Notes: generated by a model from the letters alone, not told the origin. A stretch of DNA of 64,000 nucleotides from an uncultured Oscillibacter sp. (GCA_900548505.1 URKI01000003.1:497-64496), one strand, 5' to 3'; shown: positions 39,701 to 50,208, counted from the first letter of the stretch. Made by a program: numbers and translations.

Positions 39701-39730
39701 AAAAAGCCGCGGAAATTCCGCGGCTTTTTT
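39701..39730 (-). terminator. Terminator after pgsA
   Basis: AAAAAGCCGCGGAA-A-TTCCGCGGCTTTTT. Confidence 0.8.
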
Positions 39731-39737
39731 GCGTCTC

Positions 39738-40259
39738 TCACGCAGAGGCGATCACATCTTTGTTCTTCACAAAATACTCCACACCGGAGTAGAGGGTGGT
39801 CAGGGTGATGACCCACACGCAGATGGTGTTCACCACCGCCGGGATGGGCAGAAACATGAGAACGATGCACACCATGGTGGAGGCAGTCTTTACCTTGCCG
39901 GACCAGCCGGCGGCGATGACCCGCCCCTTATCGGAGGCGATCATCCGAAGGCCGCTGACGGCGAACTCCCGGCAGATAACGATCAGCAGCATCCAGGCGG
40001 CCATCTGCCCGATCTCCACGAACCACAGCATGGCGGCCGTGACCAGCATCTTGTCTGCCAGGGGGTCTGCAAACTTGCCGAAGTCCGTCACCAGGTTGTA
40101 CTTACGGGCGATCTTGCCGTCCAGCAGGTCCGTGAGGCTGGCCACAATGAAGATGGCCAGGGCCACATAATTGGCCCCCGGGAAGCCCCAGTACAGCACA
40201 CCCATGAACACAGGGATCAAGATAATGCGCAAAAGAGTCAATTTATTGGGCAAATTCAT
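39738..40259 (-). CDS. pgsA: CDP-diacylglycerol--glycerol-3-phosphate 3-phosphatidyltransferase
   Basis: MNLPNKLTLLRI, TDLLDGKIAR, FGKFADPLADK. Confidence 0.94.
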   Translation of the reverse strand: MNLPNKLTLLRIILIPVFMGVLYWGFPGANYVALAIFIVASLTDLLDGKIARKYNLVTDFGKFADPLADKMLVTAAMLWFVEIGQMAAWMLLIVICREFAVSGLRMIASDKGRVIAAGWSGKVKTASTMVCIVLMFLPIPAVVNTICVWVITLTTLYSGVEYFVKNKDVIASA

Positions 40260-40274
40260 GGTTCCTCGCTCCTT

Positions 40275-41606
40275 TCACCCTTCCTGGACCAGCTCGCCGG
40301 TCAGCTCGCCGTCCATGACGCCGGTGAGCCGGACAATGACGAACGTGCCCGGGGACACCTCCCCATCCGCCGTGAAATAGATGCGGCCGTCGATGTCGGG
40401 AGACTCGGCGTAGCTGCGGCCGAAGAACATCTGCGCCTGACCGTCGAAGCCCTCGCACAGCACTTCCCGCTCGCTGCCCAGAACGGATTCATTGTACGCG
40501 TCGATGATGTCGGACTGCACATCCACCACCAGCTCCGCCCGGCGTTTGGCCTCCTCCATGTCCACATGGTCCATGAGGGCGGCGCGGGTGCCATCCTCGG
40601 GATAGAAGGGGAACACACCGGCCCGCTCGATACGCATTTCCCGCAGGAACGCGCACAGCTCCTCAAAAGCGGCCTCGTCCTCACCGGGAAGGCCGGTGAT
40701 AAGACTGGTGCGCAGCACCAGGCCGGGGATGCGGTCCCGCAGGGCATTGAGAACGCGGGTCAGGGATTCCTTGGTGTCCCTCCGGTTCATGGCTTTGAGG
40801 ATGCCGTCGTTGCAGTGCTGGATGGGAATATCCAGGTAGGGCAGGATCTTGGGCTCGGAGGCGATGGTGTCGATAAGCTCGTCGGTGATGTCGCTGGGGT
40901 AGAGGTAGTGGAGCCGGATCCAGTGGAAGTCCAGCTTGCAGAGCTGCCGGAGAAGTTCCGCCAGCTGGTGCTCGCCATTGAAGTCCGTGCCGTAGCGGGT
41001 GATATCCTGGGCGATGACCAGCAGCTCCTTGACGCCGGCAGAACTGAGCTCGGCAGCCTCGTCCAGCAGCTCCGCCATGGGGCGGCTGCGGTACTTGCCC
41101 CGCAGGGACGGGATGACGCAGTAGGCGCAGTGGTTGTCGCAGCCCTCGGCGATGCGCAGGTAGGCGTACCAGGGGGGCGTGGACAAGATCCGTTCGCCGC
41201 TCTGGTTTGCGGTGTGGATATTGCCCAGGTGGCAGGGGCGCTGGCCCTTTTCCATCACCTCGGCGATGGCCTGGGCGATGTCGTCGTAACTGCCGGTACC
41301 CAGGATGCCGTCCACCTCCGGCAGTTCCCGGAGCACATCCTCCTTGTACCGCTGGGCCATGCAGCCGGTCACCAGGATCTTCCGGATCTTCCCGGCCTTT
41401 TTCAGTTCCGCCATCTCCAGAATGTTGTCAATGGCCTCCTCACAGGCAGAGGACAAGAAGCCGCAGGTGTTGACCACCACCACGTCAGCGCCCTGGGGCT
41501 CCGTCTGGATGGTGTGGCCCGCTGCCTGGACCGTGGCCATCATCTGCTCGCAGTTGACCTGATTCTTGGCACAGCCAAGAGAGATGAATGCAACGTTGTA
41601 TGACAT
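40275..41606 (-). CDS. rimO: Ribosomal protein S12 methylthiotransferase
   Basis: SLGCAKN, NTCGF, AEGCDNHCAYC, C-terminal TRAM (SPDIDG); upstream of pgsA. Confidence 0.92.
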   Translation of the reverse strand: MSYNVAFISLGCAKNQVNCEQMMATVQAAGHTIQTEPQGADVVVVNTCGFLSSACEEAIDNILEMAELKKAGKIRKILVTGCMAQRYKEDVLRELPEVDGILGTGSYDDIAQAIAEVMEKGQRPCHLGNIHTANQSGERILSTPPWYAYLRIAEGCDNHCAYCVIPSLRGKYRSRPMAELLDEAAELSSAGVKELLVIAQDITRYGTDFNGEHQLAELLRQLCKLDFHWIRLHYLYPSDITDELIDTIASEPKILPYLDIPIQHCNDGILKAMNRRDTKESLTRVLNALRDRIPGLVLRTSLITGLPGEDEAAFEELCAFLREMRIERAGVFPFYPEDGTRAALMDHVDMEEAKRRAELVVDVQSDIIDAYNESVLGSEREVLCEGFDGQAQMFFGRSYAESPDIDGRIYFTADGEVSPGTFVIVRLTGVMDGELTGELVQEG

Positions 41607-41675
41607 AGAATCGCTCCGTTTTCTCATTTTTATGGGGAAACCGGCAGAGGGATCTCCGCCGGTCGTAAACTTTCC

Positions 41676-42296
41676 TTACTCCTCCGACATCTCCGCCCCC
41701 AGGCGGTTCCATGCCGCCCGGATATCTCCCCAGGAAAAGCCCCGGCGCACCAGGGCACCTGTGAGGCGCCGCTTTGCGGCCTCGTCGGCCTCACCGCCGC
41801 GGAGCTTGGACGATAAAAAGCGGTCGATCTGCTCCACAGGGTCCGGCAGAGTATCCAGCGCGTCGTCCCACAGCTCCCGGGGCACGCCCTTTTCCCGGAG
41901 CTTCTCCCGCACCCGGCCGGGGCCGTAGCCCATCTGGGCGCAGTGCCGGGCCAGCACGGCGGCGTAATCGGCGTCGTTGATGGCACCGATGGCCTCCATC
42001 CACTCGGCGGCGTAGCGGGCCTCCGCCTCGCTGGCTCCCTTGTCCCGGAGCTTGCGCTCCAGATCATGGCGGCTCATGGCCCGGCGGCCCACCAGATCGG
42101 CGGCTCGGGCTTTCACATCGGACACACCTGCGGCATCCTTCAGCCGTCCCAGGGTCGCCTCGTCCAGCTCGTCTCCGGCCCGGAGGCCGAAGTCCAGCAG
42201 TTCCTGCTCCGTGACCTTCAGGCAGGCGCCGTCCGCCAGAAACACCAGCACCCGGCCCCGCTTATGGTCAGAGGCGGTGATGCGCTCAATCCTCAT
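41676..42296 (-). CDS. recX: Regulatory protein RecX
   Basis: [28 protein letters not shown]; directly after recA. Confidence 0.88.
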   Translation of the reverse strand: MRIERITASDHKRGRVLVFLADGACLKVTEQELLDFGLRAGDELDEATLGRLKDAAGVSDVKARAADLVGRRAMSRHDLERKLRDKGASEAEARYAAEWMEAIGAINDADYAAVLARHCAQMGYGPGRVREKLREKGVPRELWDDALDTLPDPVEQIDRFLSSKLRGGEADEAAKRRLTGALVRRGFSWGDIRAAWNRLGAEMSEE

Positions 42297-43392
42297 CCTT
42301 GAAATCGTCGGCGCTCACGTCCACCGCCCGGCCGGCGGCCTTGGCGGCAATGCGCGCCTGGTTGCTCATGAGCTTATCGAAGTTGGCGCGGATATCCGCC
42401 TCCAGTTTCTCCATGACCTCCGGGTTTTCCTGGAGGTACTTCTTGGCGGCGTCCCGGCCCTGACCGATGCGGGTCTCGCCCATGGAGAACCAGGAGCCCG
42501 CCTTCTGCACCAGATCCAGCTTCACGCCCAGATCCAGCAGCTCGCCGGTGTGGGCGATGCCCTCGCCGTACATGATGTCAAACTCCGCCTCCCGGAAGGG
42601 GGGCGCCACCTTGTTCTTTACCACCTTGGCCCGGGTGCGGTTGCCCACCACCTCGGAGCCGTTTTTCAGCGTCTCGATGCGCCGCACGTCGATGCGGACG
42701 GAGGAATAGAACTTCAGTGCCCGGCCGCCGGTGGTGACCTCGGGGTTGCCGTACATGACGCCCACCTTTTCACGCAGCTGGTTGATGAAGATGACAATGG
42801 TGTTGGTCTTGCCCACAGCGCCGGTGAGCTTGCGCAGAGCCTGACTCATAAGCCGGGCCTGGAGGCCCACATAGCTGTCGCCCATCTCGCCCTCGATCTC
42901 CGCCCGGGGCACCAGGGCCGCCACGGAGTCCACCACGATCACGTCGATGGCACCAGAGCGCACCAGAGCCTCCGTGATCTCCAGGGCCTGCTCGCCGGTA
43001 TCCGGCTGGGAGATGAGCATCTCCTCCACATTCACGCCCAGGGCACGGGCATAGGTGGGGTCCAGGGCATGTTCGGCGTCCACAAAGGCAACCTCGCCGC
43101 CCCGCTTCTGGGCCTCCGCCACCACGTGAAGCGCCAGGGTGGTCTTACCGGAGGACTCGGGTCCGTAGATCTCCACGATGCGCCCCCGGGGAAGGCCGCC
43201 GATGCCCAGGGCCACATCCAGCGCCAGAGAGCCCGTGGGGATGTAGTCCACGTTCAGGTTGGTCTGATCGCCCAGGCGCATGATGGAGCCCTTGCCGTAC
43301 ATTTTCTCGATCTGGGCCATGGCGGTATCGATGGCCCGCTTTTTGTCCGAAGCCGGTGCCGCAGAGGGCACAGGCGCTTTTTCCTTTGCCAT
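42286..43392 (-). CDS. recA: Recombinase RecA
   Basis: [43 protein letters not shown]; no intein or intron seen. Confidence 0.99.
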   Translation of the reverse strand: MAKEKAPVPSAAPASDKKRAIDTAMAQIEKMYGKGSIMRLGDQTNLNVDYIPTGSLALDVALGIGGLPRGRIVEIYGPESSGKTTLALHVVAEAQKRGGEVAFVDAEHALDPTYARALGVNVEEMLISQPDTGEQALEITEALVRSGAIDVIVVDSVAALVPRAEIEGEMGDSYVGLQARLMSQALRKLTGAVGKTNTIVIFINQLREKVGVMYGNPEVTTGGRALKFYSSVRIDVRRIETLKNGSEVVGNRTRAKVVKNKVAPPFREAEFDIMYGEGIAHTGELLDLGVKLDLVQKAGSWFSMGETRIGQGRDAAKKYLQENPEVMEKLEADIRANFDKLMSNQARIAAKAAGRAVDVSADDFKDED

Positions 43393-43504
43393 AGTCTTCT
43401 TCCTCCTGTATGTTCACGTTCCGTATCTACGTCTTTGTCCATGGCAGCTCTCGCCCCAAGCTGTGTAAAGGCAATATGCCTCACAATTTTGCGAGGTTTG
43501 CCTC

Positions 43505-44371
43505 TCAGAGCTCCGTGCACAGCGTGCCGAACACCACCCGGGGAATGTCCTGGGTGTCCTTGACCACCTGGATGTCCCCGAAGCCCTGGGCACGCATGAT
43601 GCGCAGGACGCTGTCCGCCTGGCCGATACCCACCTCGAAGTAGAGCTTTCCGCCAGGGACCAGCGCGGCACGCCACAGATCAGAAATGGCCCGGTAAAAG
43701 TCCAGGCCGTCCTCGCCGCCGTCCAGGGCCAGGTGCGGCTCGTAGTCCTTCACAGATGTATCCAGGGTTTCGATGTCCGCCCGGGGGATATAGGGCGGGT
43801 TGGAGACGATGCACTGGAACTCACCCAGGGATTTTTCCGGCTTTTCCAGAGCATTTGCCTGCATGGGCAACACCCGGCCGGTGAGGCTGTTGCGCCGGAT
43901 ATTCTGGCGGCAGATCCTGAGGGCCGCGTCCGACCACTCCCCCAGCACCACCCGGGCCTGGGGCGCCTGAGACGCCACGGCCAAGCCGATGCAGCCGCTG
44001 CCGGCACACAGATCCAGCACCCGGCACTCGCCCAAAGTCTTTACATAGTCGATGGCCTGGGCTGCCAGCACCTCCGTGTCCGGGCGGGGAATGAGCACAT
44101 CCCGGGAGATGTCCAGCGGCAGCCCGTAAAACTCCCACTCGCCGATGAGATACGCCACCGGCTCGCCATTGAGGTGCCGCTCCACCAGGTCCCGCACCCG
44201 CTTTTCCAGCTCCGGAGAGGCATACAGGCTCCCGTCCGCCGTCAGCTGCTGGCGGCTCTTGCCGGTGCCGAAGCACACCAGTTCCCGGGCCTCCAGCGTG
44301 GCGGCCTCGATGCCTGCACTGCGCAGCTGCCGGCGAATATCTAAATACAAGTTGTTATATGTGATTGCCAT
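43505..44371 (-). CDS. prmC: Release factor glutamine methyltransferase
   Basis: EPVAYLIG, LIPRPDTE, LDLCAGSGCI, SNPPYI, ALDGGEDGL. Confidence 0.93.
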   Translation of the reverse strand: MAITYNNLYLDIRRQLRSAGIEAATLEARELVCFGTGKSRQQLTADGSLYASPELEKRVRDLVERHLNGEPVAYLIGEWEFYGLPLDISRDVLIPRPDTEVLAAQAIDYVKTLGECRVLDLCAGSGCIGLAVASQAPQARVVLGEWSDAALRICRQNIRRNSLTGRVLPMQANALEKPEKSLGEFQCIVSNPPYIPRADIETLDTSVKDYEPHLALDGGEDGLDFYRAISDLWRAALVPGGKLYFEVGIGQADSVLRIMRAQGFGDIQVVKDTQDIPRVVFGTLCTEL

Positions 44372-44434
44372 ATTACGCTCCGTATCGAAAATCGACGTAT
44401 TTTCCGGCTTTTGAACGGAATATCTCGCTTGCTG

Positions 44435-45406
44435 TCACCAGGTGTCCTTGCCCTTTTCGGAGGGCAGCACCAGCTCCAGAGAGCGGATGGCCACCTCGAT
44501 CATGGCATCGTCCGGCTCGTTGGTGGTGAAATTCTGCATCCAGAGGCCCGGCGCCGTCAGGATCTGGGCCAGCCGGTTTTCCTGCACATGGCGGCCCACC
44601 CAGCGGTTGAACTCATAGGTGATGCCCACCACCAGCGGCAGCAGCAAAAGGTGCGCCGCCGTCCGCAGCCAGACGTTGGTAATGGGCCAGATGCCGAACA
44701 CCACGCTGGAGATAAGGATGGAGACGAAGATGACCACAAACAAAAAGCTTGTGCCGCAGCGGGGATGGTGCCGGGGCTGCACGCGGACGTTCTCCACCGT
44801 CAGGGGCAGGCCCGCCTCGTAGCAGAAGATGGTCTTGTGCTCCGCTCCGTGGTACTGGAACACCCGGTAGATGTCCTTTTGCCGGGAGCAGGCGATCAGG
44901 TAGATGAGGAAGATGACGATCTTCAAAAGCCCCTCCACCAGATTGCGCCCCCACATGGGGAAGCCGGGGTAAAAGTGCAGAATGGCGCCGGTGAGCAAGG
45001 TGGGCAGCACCATGAAAAGGAAGATGCTCATGCCCACGCCCAGCACCACTGCCAGCGCCACCACGGCGCTTTCCAGCTTCTTGCTGGGGATATGGGATTC
45101 CAGCCACTGCTCAAAGCGGGAGGGCTGGGCAGCCTCGTCATCGGGGTAGAAGTCCGCCGAGTACATGAGGGCTTTCACACCGTGGACCATGGAGTCCAGG
45201 AAGTTGACGGTGCCACGGACCAGGGGCCAGCCCAAAATGGGATAGCGGTCCTTGATGAAGCGCAGAGGCTCCACCTTTTCCACCAGCTTCCCCTCCTGGT
45301 CCCGCACCACCACGGCCTCTTTCTCCGGGCCGCGCATGAGGATACCCTCGATGAGCGCCTGTCCGCCGATGCTGGTGCGGAAGGCGCAGGAATTGTGTTC
45401 TGCCAT
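44435..45406 (-). CDS. DUF1385 membrane protein
   Basis: IGGQALIEG, YHGAEHK, HPRCGTSF, TTNEPD. Confidence 0.9.
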   Translation of the reverse strand: MAEHNSCAFRTSIGGQALIEGILMRGPEKEAVVVRDQEGKLVEKVEPLRFIKDRYPILGWPLVRGTVNFLDSMVHGVKALMYSADFYPDDEAAQPSRFEQWLESHIPSKKLESAVVALAVVLGVGMSIFLFMVLPTLLTGAILHFYPGFPMWGRNLVEGLLKIVIFLIYLIACSRQKDIYRVFQYHGAEHKTIFCYEAGLPLTVENVRVQPRHHPRCGTSFLFVVIFVSILISSVVFGIWPITNVWLRTAAHLLLLPLVVGITYEFNRWVGRHVQENRLAQILTAPGLWMQNFTTNEPDDAMIEVAIRSLELVLPSEKGKDTW

Positions 45407-45428
45407 GTGGATTCCTTTCTATTGTTGC

Positions 45429-45468
45429 ATTGTATCACATCCGTCCGCCAAAAGCAAACGAATGTTCG
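45429..45468 (-). promoter_or_regulatory. LexA (SOS) box overlapping a sigma-A promoter
   Basis: CGAAC-ATTC-GTTTG (45468-45455) overlapping TTGCTT-17 bp-TACAAT with extended TG. Confidence 0.75.
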
Positions 45469-45469
45469 A

Positions 45470-46915
45470 TTACGGATTCATGGGCAGACGGATGGTCACC
45501 ACCGCGCCGCCGCCCTCGGCGTTGCCGATGGTAAAGGTACCGCCGTGGAGACCGATGATCTCGTCACACACAGCAAGACCGATGCCGCTGCCGCGGGCCT
45601 TGGAAGAGCCCTTATAGAACTTCTGCTTCACGTAAGGCAGCTCCGCCTCCGGGATGCCGGGGCCGTAATCCCGTACCCGGACCACTTCCTCGTGGCCCTC
45701 CCGGCAGATGGAAGCCGTGATTCGCAGGCCCGATCCGCCGTGCTTGGCGGCGTTGTCCAGCACGTTGCAGAATACCTGCTTGAGCCGCTCCGGGTCGCCG
45801 GAGATAAAGGGCAGCTCCTCGTCGCAGCTTTCATACTCCAGGGCGATGCCCTCCTGGCGGAACAGCTCCCGGTAGGTAAAGATGGCGTCCTCAAACTCCG
45901 CCTGCAGGTCCACCTGCTCCACCCGCAGAGTGAAGCGGCCGTCCTCCATTTTGGAAAACTCCAGCAGCTCTTCCACCATGGTGGAAAGGCGCCGGGACTC
46001 GTTCAAAATGATGCGGATGCCCCGACGCAGCTGCTCGGGGTCTCCGGTGGGGTCTTCCAGAATGGTCTCGCCCCAGCCGTTGATGGCGGTCAGCGGCGTG
46101 CGCAGCTCATGGGACACAGAGGAGATGAACTCGCTTTTCATCTTCTCGTTGCGGCCGATCTTGAGGGACATGTCGTTGATGTTGTCCACCAGCTCTCCCA
46201 GCTCGTCGGAGTACCTGTTTTCGATCTGGATTCCATATCCTCCCGCCGAAATGCGCTTGGCGGCATCGGTGACCACGGCCACCGGCTCCACCACGTCGTT
46301 GATGAAGAGGAGGTTTGCCAGGATGACCATGGTCATGCACAGCGCGGCGATCACCAAGACCACCGCGATGGTCACCAGGATCTGGCGGTTCACCTCCCGC
46401 AGCGAGGTCACCAGGCGCAGCACCCCCACCACCTTGCCGCTGTACATCAAGGGTGCGGAGACTGCCAGGATATTCTCCCCCGTCTCCGGGTCACGGCCCT
46501 GGAAAGCCACGCAGTCCTGTTGGGCGATGGCCTGCTCGATATCCGGCGTGCCGGGCTTGATGCCGTTTTTCAGGCTGGAGGTGGAGGAGACCTGGATGCG
46601 TCCGGCGCCGTTGATGAATTGCAGCTCGATGCGGTCCTTGTCCTCAAAATTGGTGGTGGACTGGGTGGCCCGCTGCAGATACTCGGCAAAGCCGTTGTCC
46701 ATGAAATAATCGTTGAAAGCGCCCGCCTCTGCCCGGGCCTGCTTCATGAGGCCGTCCTGCATGGTGCCGTAATAATAGCTGGAAATGCCCACGGAAAACA
46801 GCGTCACCAGCAGCACCAGCATCAGCAACACCGGCATGATGCTGTTGAACACCCAGCGCTGCCTTAGGCCCTGGATCCGCAGGGTCTTCCATCTGATTTT
46901 TCGCTCTTCCGACAC
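45470..46915 (-). CDS. HAMP-domain sensor histidine kinase
   Basis: Two TMs, HAMP, SHELRTPLT, NVLDNAAK, DYGPGI, GSGIGL. Confidence 0.93.
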   Translation of the reverse strand: MSEERKIRWKTLRIQGLRQRWVFNSIMPVLLMLVLLVTLFSVGISSYYYGTMQDGLMKQARAEAGAFNDYFMDNGFAEYLQRATQSTTNFEDKDRIELQFINGAGRIQVSSTSSLKNGIKPGTPDIEQAIAQQDCVAFQGRDPETGENILAVSAPLMYSGKVVGVLRLVTSLREVNRQILVTIAVVLVIAALCMTMVILANLLFINDVVEPVAVVTDAAKRISAGGYGIQIENRYSDELGELVDNINDMSLKIGRNEKMKSEFISSVSHELRTPLTAINGWGETILEDPTGDPEQLRRGIRIILNESRRLSTMVEELLEFSKMEDGRFTLRVEQVDLQAEFEDAIFTYRELFRQEGIALEYESCDEELPFISGDPERLKQVFCNVLDNAAKHGGSGLRITASICREGHEEVVRVRDYGPGIPEAELPYVKQKFYKGSSKARGSGIGLAVCDEIIGLHGGTFTIGNAEGGGAVVTIRLPMNP

Positions 46916-46977
46916 CGCGCGCCACCTCCTTTCCTCCGTTTGACTGTGCGGGACTCAATGGTCCCGCTCTTTCCTGC

Positions 46978-47664
46978 TCAAAAGCCCCACTTGTACCCGT
47001 ATCCCCACACGGTGGTGATATAGGTGGGATTTTGCACATTGTCCTCGATCTTCAGCCGCAGACGGCGCACGTTCACGTCCACGATCTTCAGCTCGCCGAA
47101 ATAGTCCCGGCCCCACACCATATCCAGGATTTCCTCCCGGGAGAGGGCCTTGCCGGGGTTTTCCATAAACACTTTCATGATGGAATACTCCACCTGGGTC
47201 AGCTTGATGCGCTGTCCGTTTTTCTCCAGCGTGCGGTTGCGGGTGTTGAGCAAAAACGGCGGCTGGGAAATCTCCCCGGCCTGCACAGGCTCCTCCCCGC
47301 CGGCACGGCGGAACAGGGCGTCCACCCGGGCAGTCAGTTCCGCAGGAGAGAAGGGCTTGGTCACATAGTCGTCGGCGCCGGTCATGAGGCCCGTCACCTT
47401 GTCCATCTCCTGGGAGCGGGCCGTGAGCATGATGATGCCGATCTTGGCGTTGGTGGCCCGGATGCGGCGGCAGACCTCAAAGCCGTCGATGCCGGGCAGC
47501 ATGATGTCCAGCAGGGCCACCTTGGTGTCCGGGTTCTCCTTGAGCCGCTCCAGCGCGTCCTCGCCGGTCTCGGCCTCGATCACATCGTAGCCCGCGCGCC
47601 GCAGGTTGATGACAATAAAGCTGCGGATGCTGGACTCGTCTTCCAAAACCAAAACTTTTTTCAT
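46978..47664 (-). CDS. OmpR-family response regulator
   Basis: MKKVLVLEDE, LLDIMLP, GADDYVTKPF, TVWGYGYKW; AAAGGA RBS. Confidence 0.93.
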   Translation of the reverse strand: MKKVLVLEDESSIRSFIVINLRRAGYDVIEAETGEDALERLKENPDTKVALLDIMLPGIDGFEVCRRIRATNAKIGIIMLTARSQEMDKVTGLMTGADDYVTKPFSPAELTARVDALFRRAGGEEPVQAGEISQPPFLLNTRNRTLEKNGQRIKLTQVEYSIMKVFMENPGKALSREEILDMVWGRDYFGELKIVDVNVRRLRLKIEDNVQNPTYITTVWGYGYKWGF

Positions 47665-47684
47665 GGCGTTTCCTTTCTGGTCCG

Positions 47685-49019
47685 TCAGTTGTCCCCGTAT
47701 ACCCACTCTTTGGTAATGAGGCTGAAAGCGGACCGCACTTGGTCTTCGGTCATGCCGCCGCTCCAGCGGCTGTTGGCGTCCAGCAGCTCCGCCGTGTAGA
47801 TGGTCTCCGCCTGGCGGCCCAGGGTGAATCTTCCGCCCCGCACTGCCTTGACGCTGCGGCTGCTGCCGGTGATGGCCGTGATCTGCATGAAGGGCTCGGG
47901 TCCCTGGTCGCCCTGAATATAGAACGTGACGCACGCCTCGTCCTCATCCACGCTCCGGGACACCATGACCTCCTCCCGCCAGCTCTCCGGCAGGAGGAAA
48001 TACCAGCCGTCTTCAATGTCGTGATAGGTGCTCAGCGCCAGGGATGCCTCTCCCTGGACATTGTAGGTATACCAGTCGATCCGCTGGTAGGCAATCTGGT
48101 TCTCCTCCAAAATGGGAAGCGACACGGCACGGGGAAGCTCCGTCACGCCGTCGTTGTTGATATCCATGGGATAGAGCGTCTGGAACGGGGCGATCTCGGC
48201 GGAGACGCCCGTGGCGTCGGAGAGGGTGATATTGGCAAGGTCTCCGTTGCGGGAGGCCAGCACATCCGTCACGGACCAGAGTCCTTCCTCCACGCCGGTG
48301 ACAAACAGCGCCGGCATCCCGTCATTCAGGGTTCCCGCGGTGACCCGGCCCTGCTGGTTCAGCTCTGCCATGGTGATGGAGATGGGTGCCGCGCCCTGCA
48401 GCTGCAGGTTGCCGTTCTGCCAGGTATAGTAATCCGCCACGGCGTCGCCGCCCTCGGCGCTGCGCAGGACCACCAGCTCCTGGCTCTGATCCTGATTCAG
48501 GTCGGTAATGGCATAGCGGACATAGTTGCTGCGCATCAGCTCCATGGGCTCCCCGTCTTTCAGGGTGTACACCACCAGTGCCTGCAGGTCGGTGGTAACG
48601 CGCCAGCCCACGATCAGCTCCGTGTAGCCGTCGCCGTCCAGATCGCTGTAGCTGATACTGTAAATGGCGGTGCCGCTGCTCTCGATCACGTGGGAAAGCG
48701 CATAGGTCTGATCCTTGGCAGTAAAAATGCAGATCTTCAGCGGCTTTTCATCGGCGTCGTTGCGGAAAAACGCCACCGCCTCCTCCTGTCCGTCTCCGTC
48801 CAGATCCTCCAGCTGCACCGGCTGGATGTTGCTGCCGGAGATGGGCGCGGCATATTCTGCGCCGTCAGACAAAATGGCGTTGATCCGGTTGTCCAGCTCC
48901 GTATACTCAGTGGGGAGCTTGGGCAGGCAATACAGCTCCTGCGGCGAAATGGTAAAACCGCAGCCGCTGGTCATCAGCGCCGTCAGCAGCAATAGCCACG
49001 TTACCAGCATTTTTCGCAT
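47685..49019 (-). CDS. Lipoprotein with FG-GAP/VCBS-like repeats
   Basis: Lipobox MTSGC; DLDGDG, DLNQDQ and DINNDG repeats; first gene of the two-component operon. Confidence 0.75.
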   Translation of the reverse strand: MRKMLVTWLLLLTALMTSGCGFTISPQELYCLPKLPTEYTELDNRINAILSDGAEYAAPISGSNIQPVQLEDLDGDGQEEAVAFFRNDADEKPLKICIFTAKDQTYALSHVIESSGTAIYSISYSDLDGDGYTELIVGWRVTTDLQALVVYTLKDGEPMELMRSNYVRYAITDLNQDQSQELVVLRSAEGGDAVADYYTWQNGNLQLQGAAPISITMAELNQQGRVTAGTLNDGMPALFVTGVEEGLWSVTDVLASRNGDLANITLSDATGVSAEIAPFQTLYPMDINNDGVTELPRAVSLPILEENQIAYQRIDWYTYNVQGEASLALSTYHDIEDGWYFLLPESWREEVMVSRSVDEDEACVTFYIQGDQGPEPFMQITAITGSSRSVKAVRGGRFTLGRQAETIYTAELLDANSRWSGGMTEDQVRSAFSLITKEWVYGDN

Positions 49020-49172
49020 CAGGCTGCCCTCCTCTCCGGCAAAGTTCCAAAAATGCTCATAATTTAACTAATATATGATAGCACGTCTTTTTCCGTTTGT
49101 GTAGGGGGGATCTTCCGTTTTTCAGTGCATTTTACGCTTCGTTCATTTTTTTCATTTTTCCAAAAACAACTC

Positions 49173-49201
49173 TTGAATTTCACCATATGCTCTTGTATAA
49201 T
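49173..49201 (+). promoter_or_regulatory. sigma-A promoter of tRNA-Leu
   Basis: TTGAAT-17 bp-TATAAT with extended TG. Confidence 0.75.
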
Positions 49202-49216
49202 GTTCAGGTAACTTAT

Positions 49217-49303
49217 GCCGGTGTGATGGAATTGGTAGACGTGACGGACTCAAAATCCGTTGGTAGCGATACCGTGTGGGTTCGAGTCCCACCACCGGCA
49301 CCA
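49217..49303 (+). tRNA. tRNA-Leu (anticodon CAA)
   Basis: GCCGGTG/CACCGGC acceptor stem, D-loop GGTAGAC, ACGGA-CT-CAA-AA-TCCGT anticodon arm, long variable arm, GGTTCGAGTCC, encoded CCA. Confidence 0.96.
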
Positions 49304-49342
49304 CGTGGTCGCAAAGTTTGCTTTGCGACCACGTCTTTTTAT
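49301..49342 (+). repeat. Hairpin element copy 1 (terminator-like)
   Basis: CCACGTGGTCGCAAAG-TTTG-CTTTGCGACCACGTCTTTTTAT; begins at the tRNA CCA. Confidence 0.85.
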
Positions 49343-49606
49343 GCCCTTGGCAAAAAAAGACGTCATCCGCCCGCTCCCTTGCTCCTCCTCTCCAAATCAC
49401 AACCGCTTACGCTGGGTTGTGATTTGGTTCTGGGTGCGAACTTGGAAGCTGCGGTATCTATACTGTTGCGATATTCCAGCTCGTTGCAAAGCTCATCGCG
49501 CGCTCACGCTGTTGATCGCCCACGATGAGGTCTGGTGTACAACCGTTTTAAAGTTATGTGATACCATTCAGAAAAAATATTCTCACAACTTTTTGGAGGG
49601 GTTCCC

Positions 49607-50137
49607 GTGAAAAAGGGTAAAATGATTCTCGCTGTACTAATTGTGCTTATAGGCGTACTGATTGGTCTGGTCATGTATTTTCCTAAAAATATCAATACCG
49701 CACTCAATAGGATCCAGCATCCGTTTGAAGCCGGTGAAGTTTTAGCCACCCAGGAGATTGAGGAAAACCTTACTGCGGTACTATATACAAATCGGCAAAA
49801 TAACACGCAGCTTCAAAATGCTCTCATCCGGAAAACGGGCATTTTTTATAAGGTTGTTGATATGAATGGCTCTCTCACTATTGAAAAGTCTAACATGCTG
49901 GAAAGCGGCGAGCTGAGAGCAGACGTTCTTATTTCTTGGTACGATAAAAGCGACAAATATATCGTTATGGCAGTTGCTTACGATGAGGATGTCGAATCAG
50001 TCACTTATCTGGATCAAGAATTAAAAGAACTAAATATAAACGGTTATCGGTTATTTTACGGATATGGCAGCGGAGAATACGGGGTGTATGAGTTATTTGA
50101 CAAGAACGGAAATCGCTTAGAGCATATCAAAGAATAA
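49607..50137 (+). CDS. AT-rich hypothetical membrane-anchored protein
   Basis: GGAGG RBS, GTG start, N-terminal TM; visibly lower GC than its neighbours. Confidence 0.75.
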   Translation: MKKGKMILAVLIVLIGVLIGLVMYFPKNINTALNRIQHPFEAGEVLATQEIEENLTAVLYTNRQNNTQLQNALIRKTGIFYKVVDMNGSLTIEKSNMLESGELRADVLISWYDKSDKYIVMAVAYDEDVESVTYLDQELKELNINGYRLFYGYGSGEYGVYELFDKNGNRLEHIKE

Positions 50138-50208
50138 TAGATAAATGGTATATATAAATGTCTATTAAAAAGCGGAGAACTGTCTCCCATGGAGTAATAT
50201 ACTGAATT

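Noticed and set aside
49097..49610. ORFs overlapping the tRNA and its downstream hairpins
   Set aside because: They overlap a clear tRNA gene and lack RBS or motif support.
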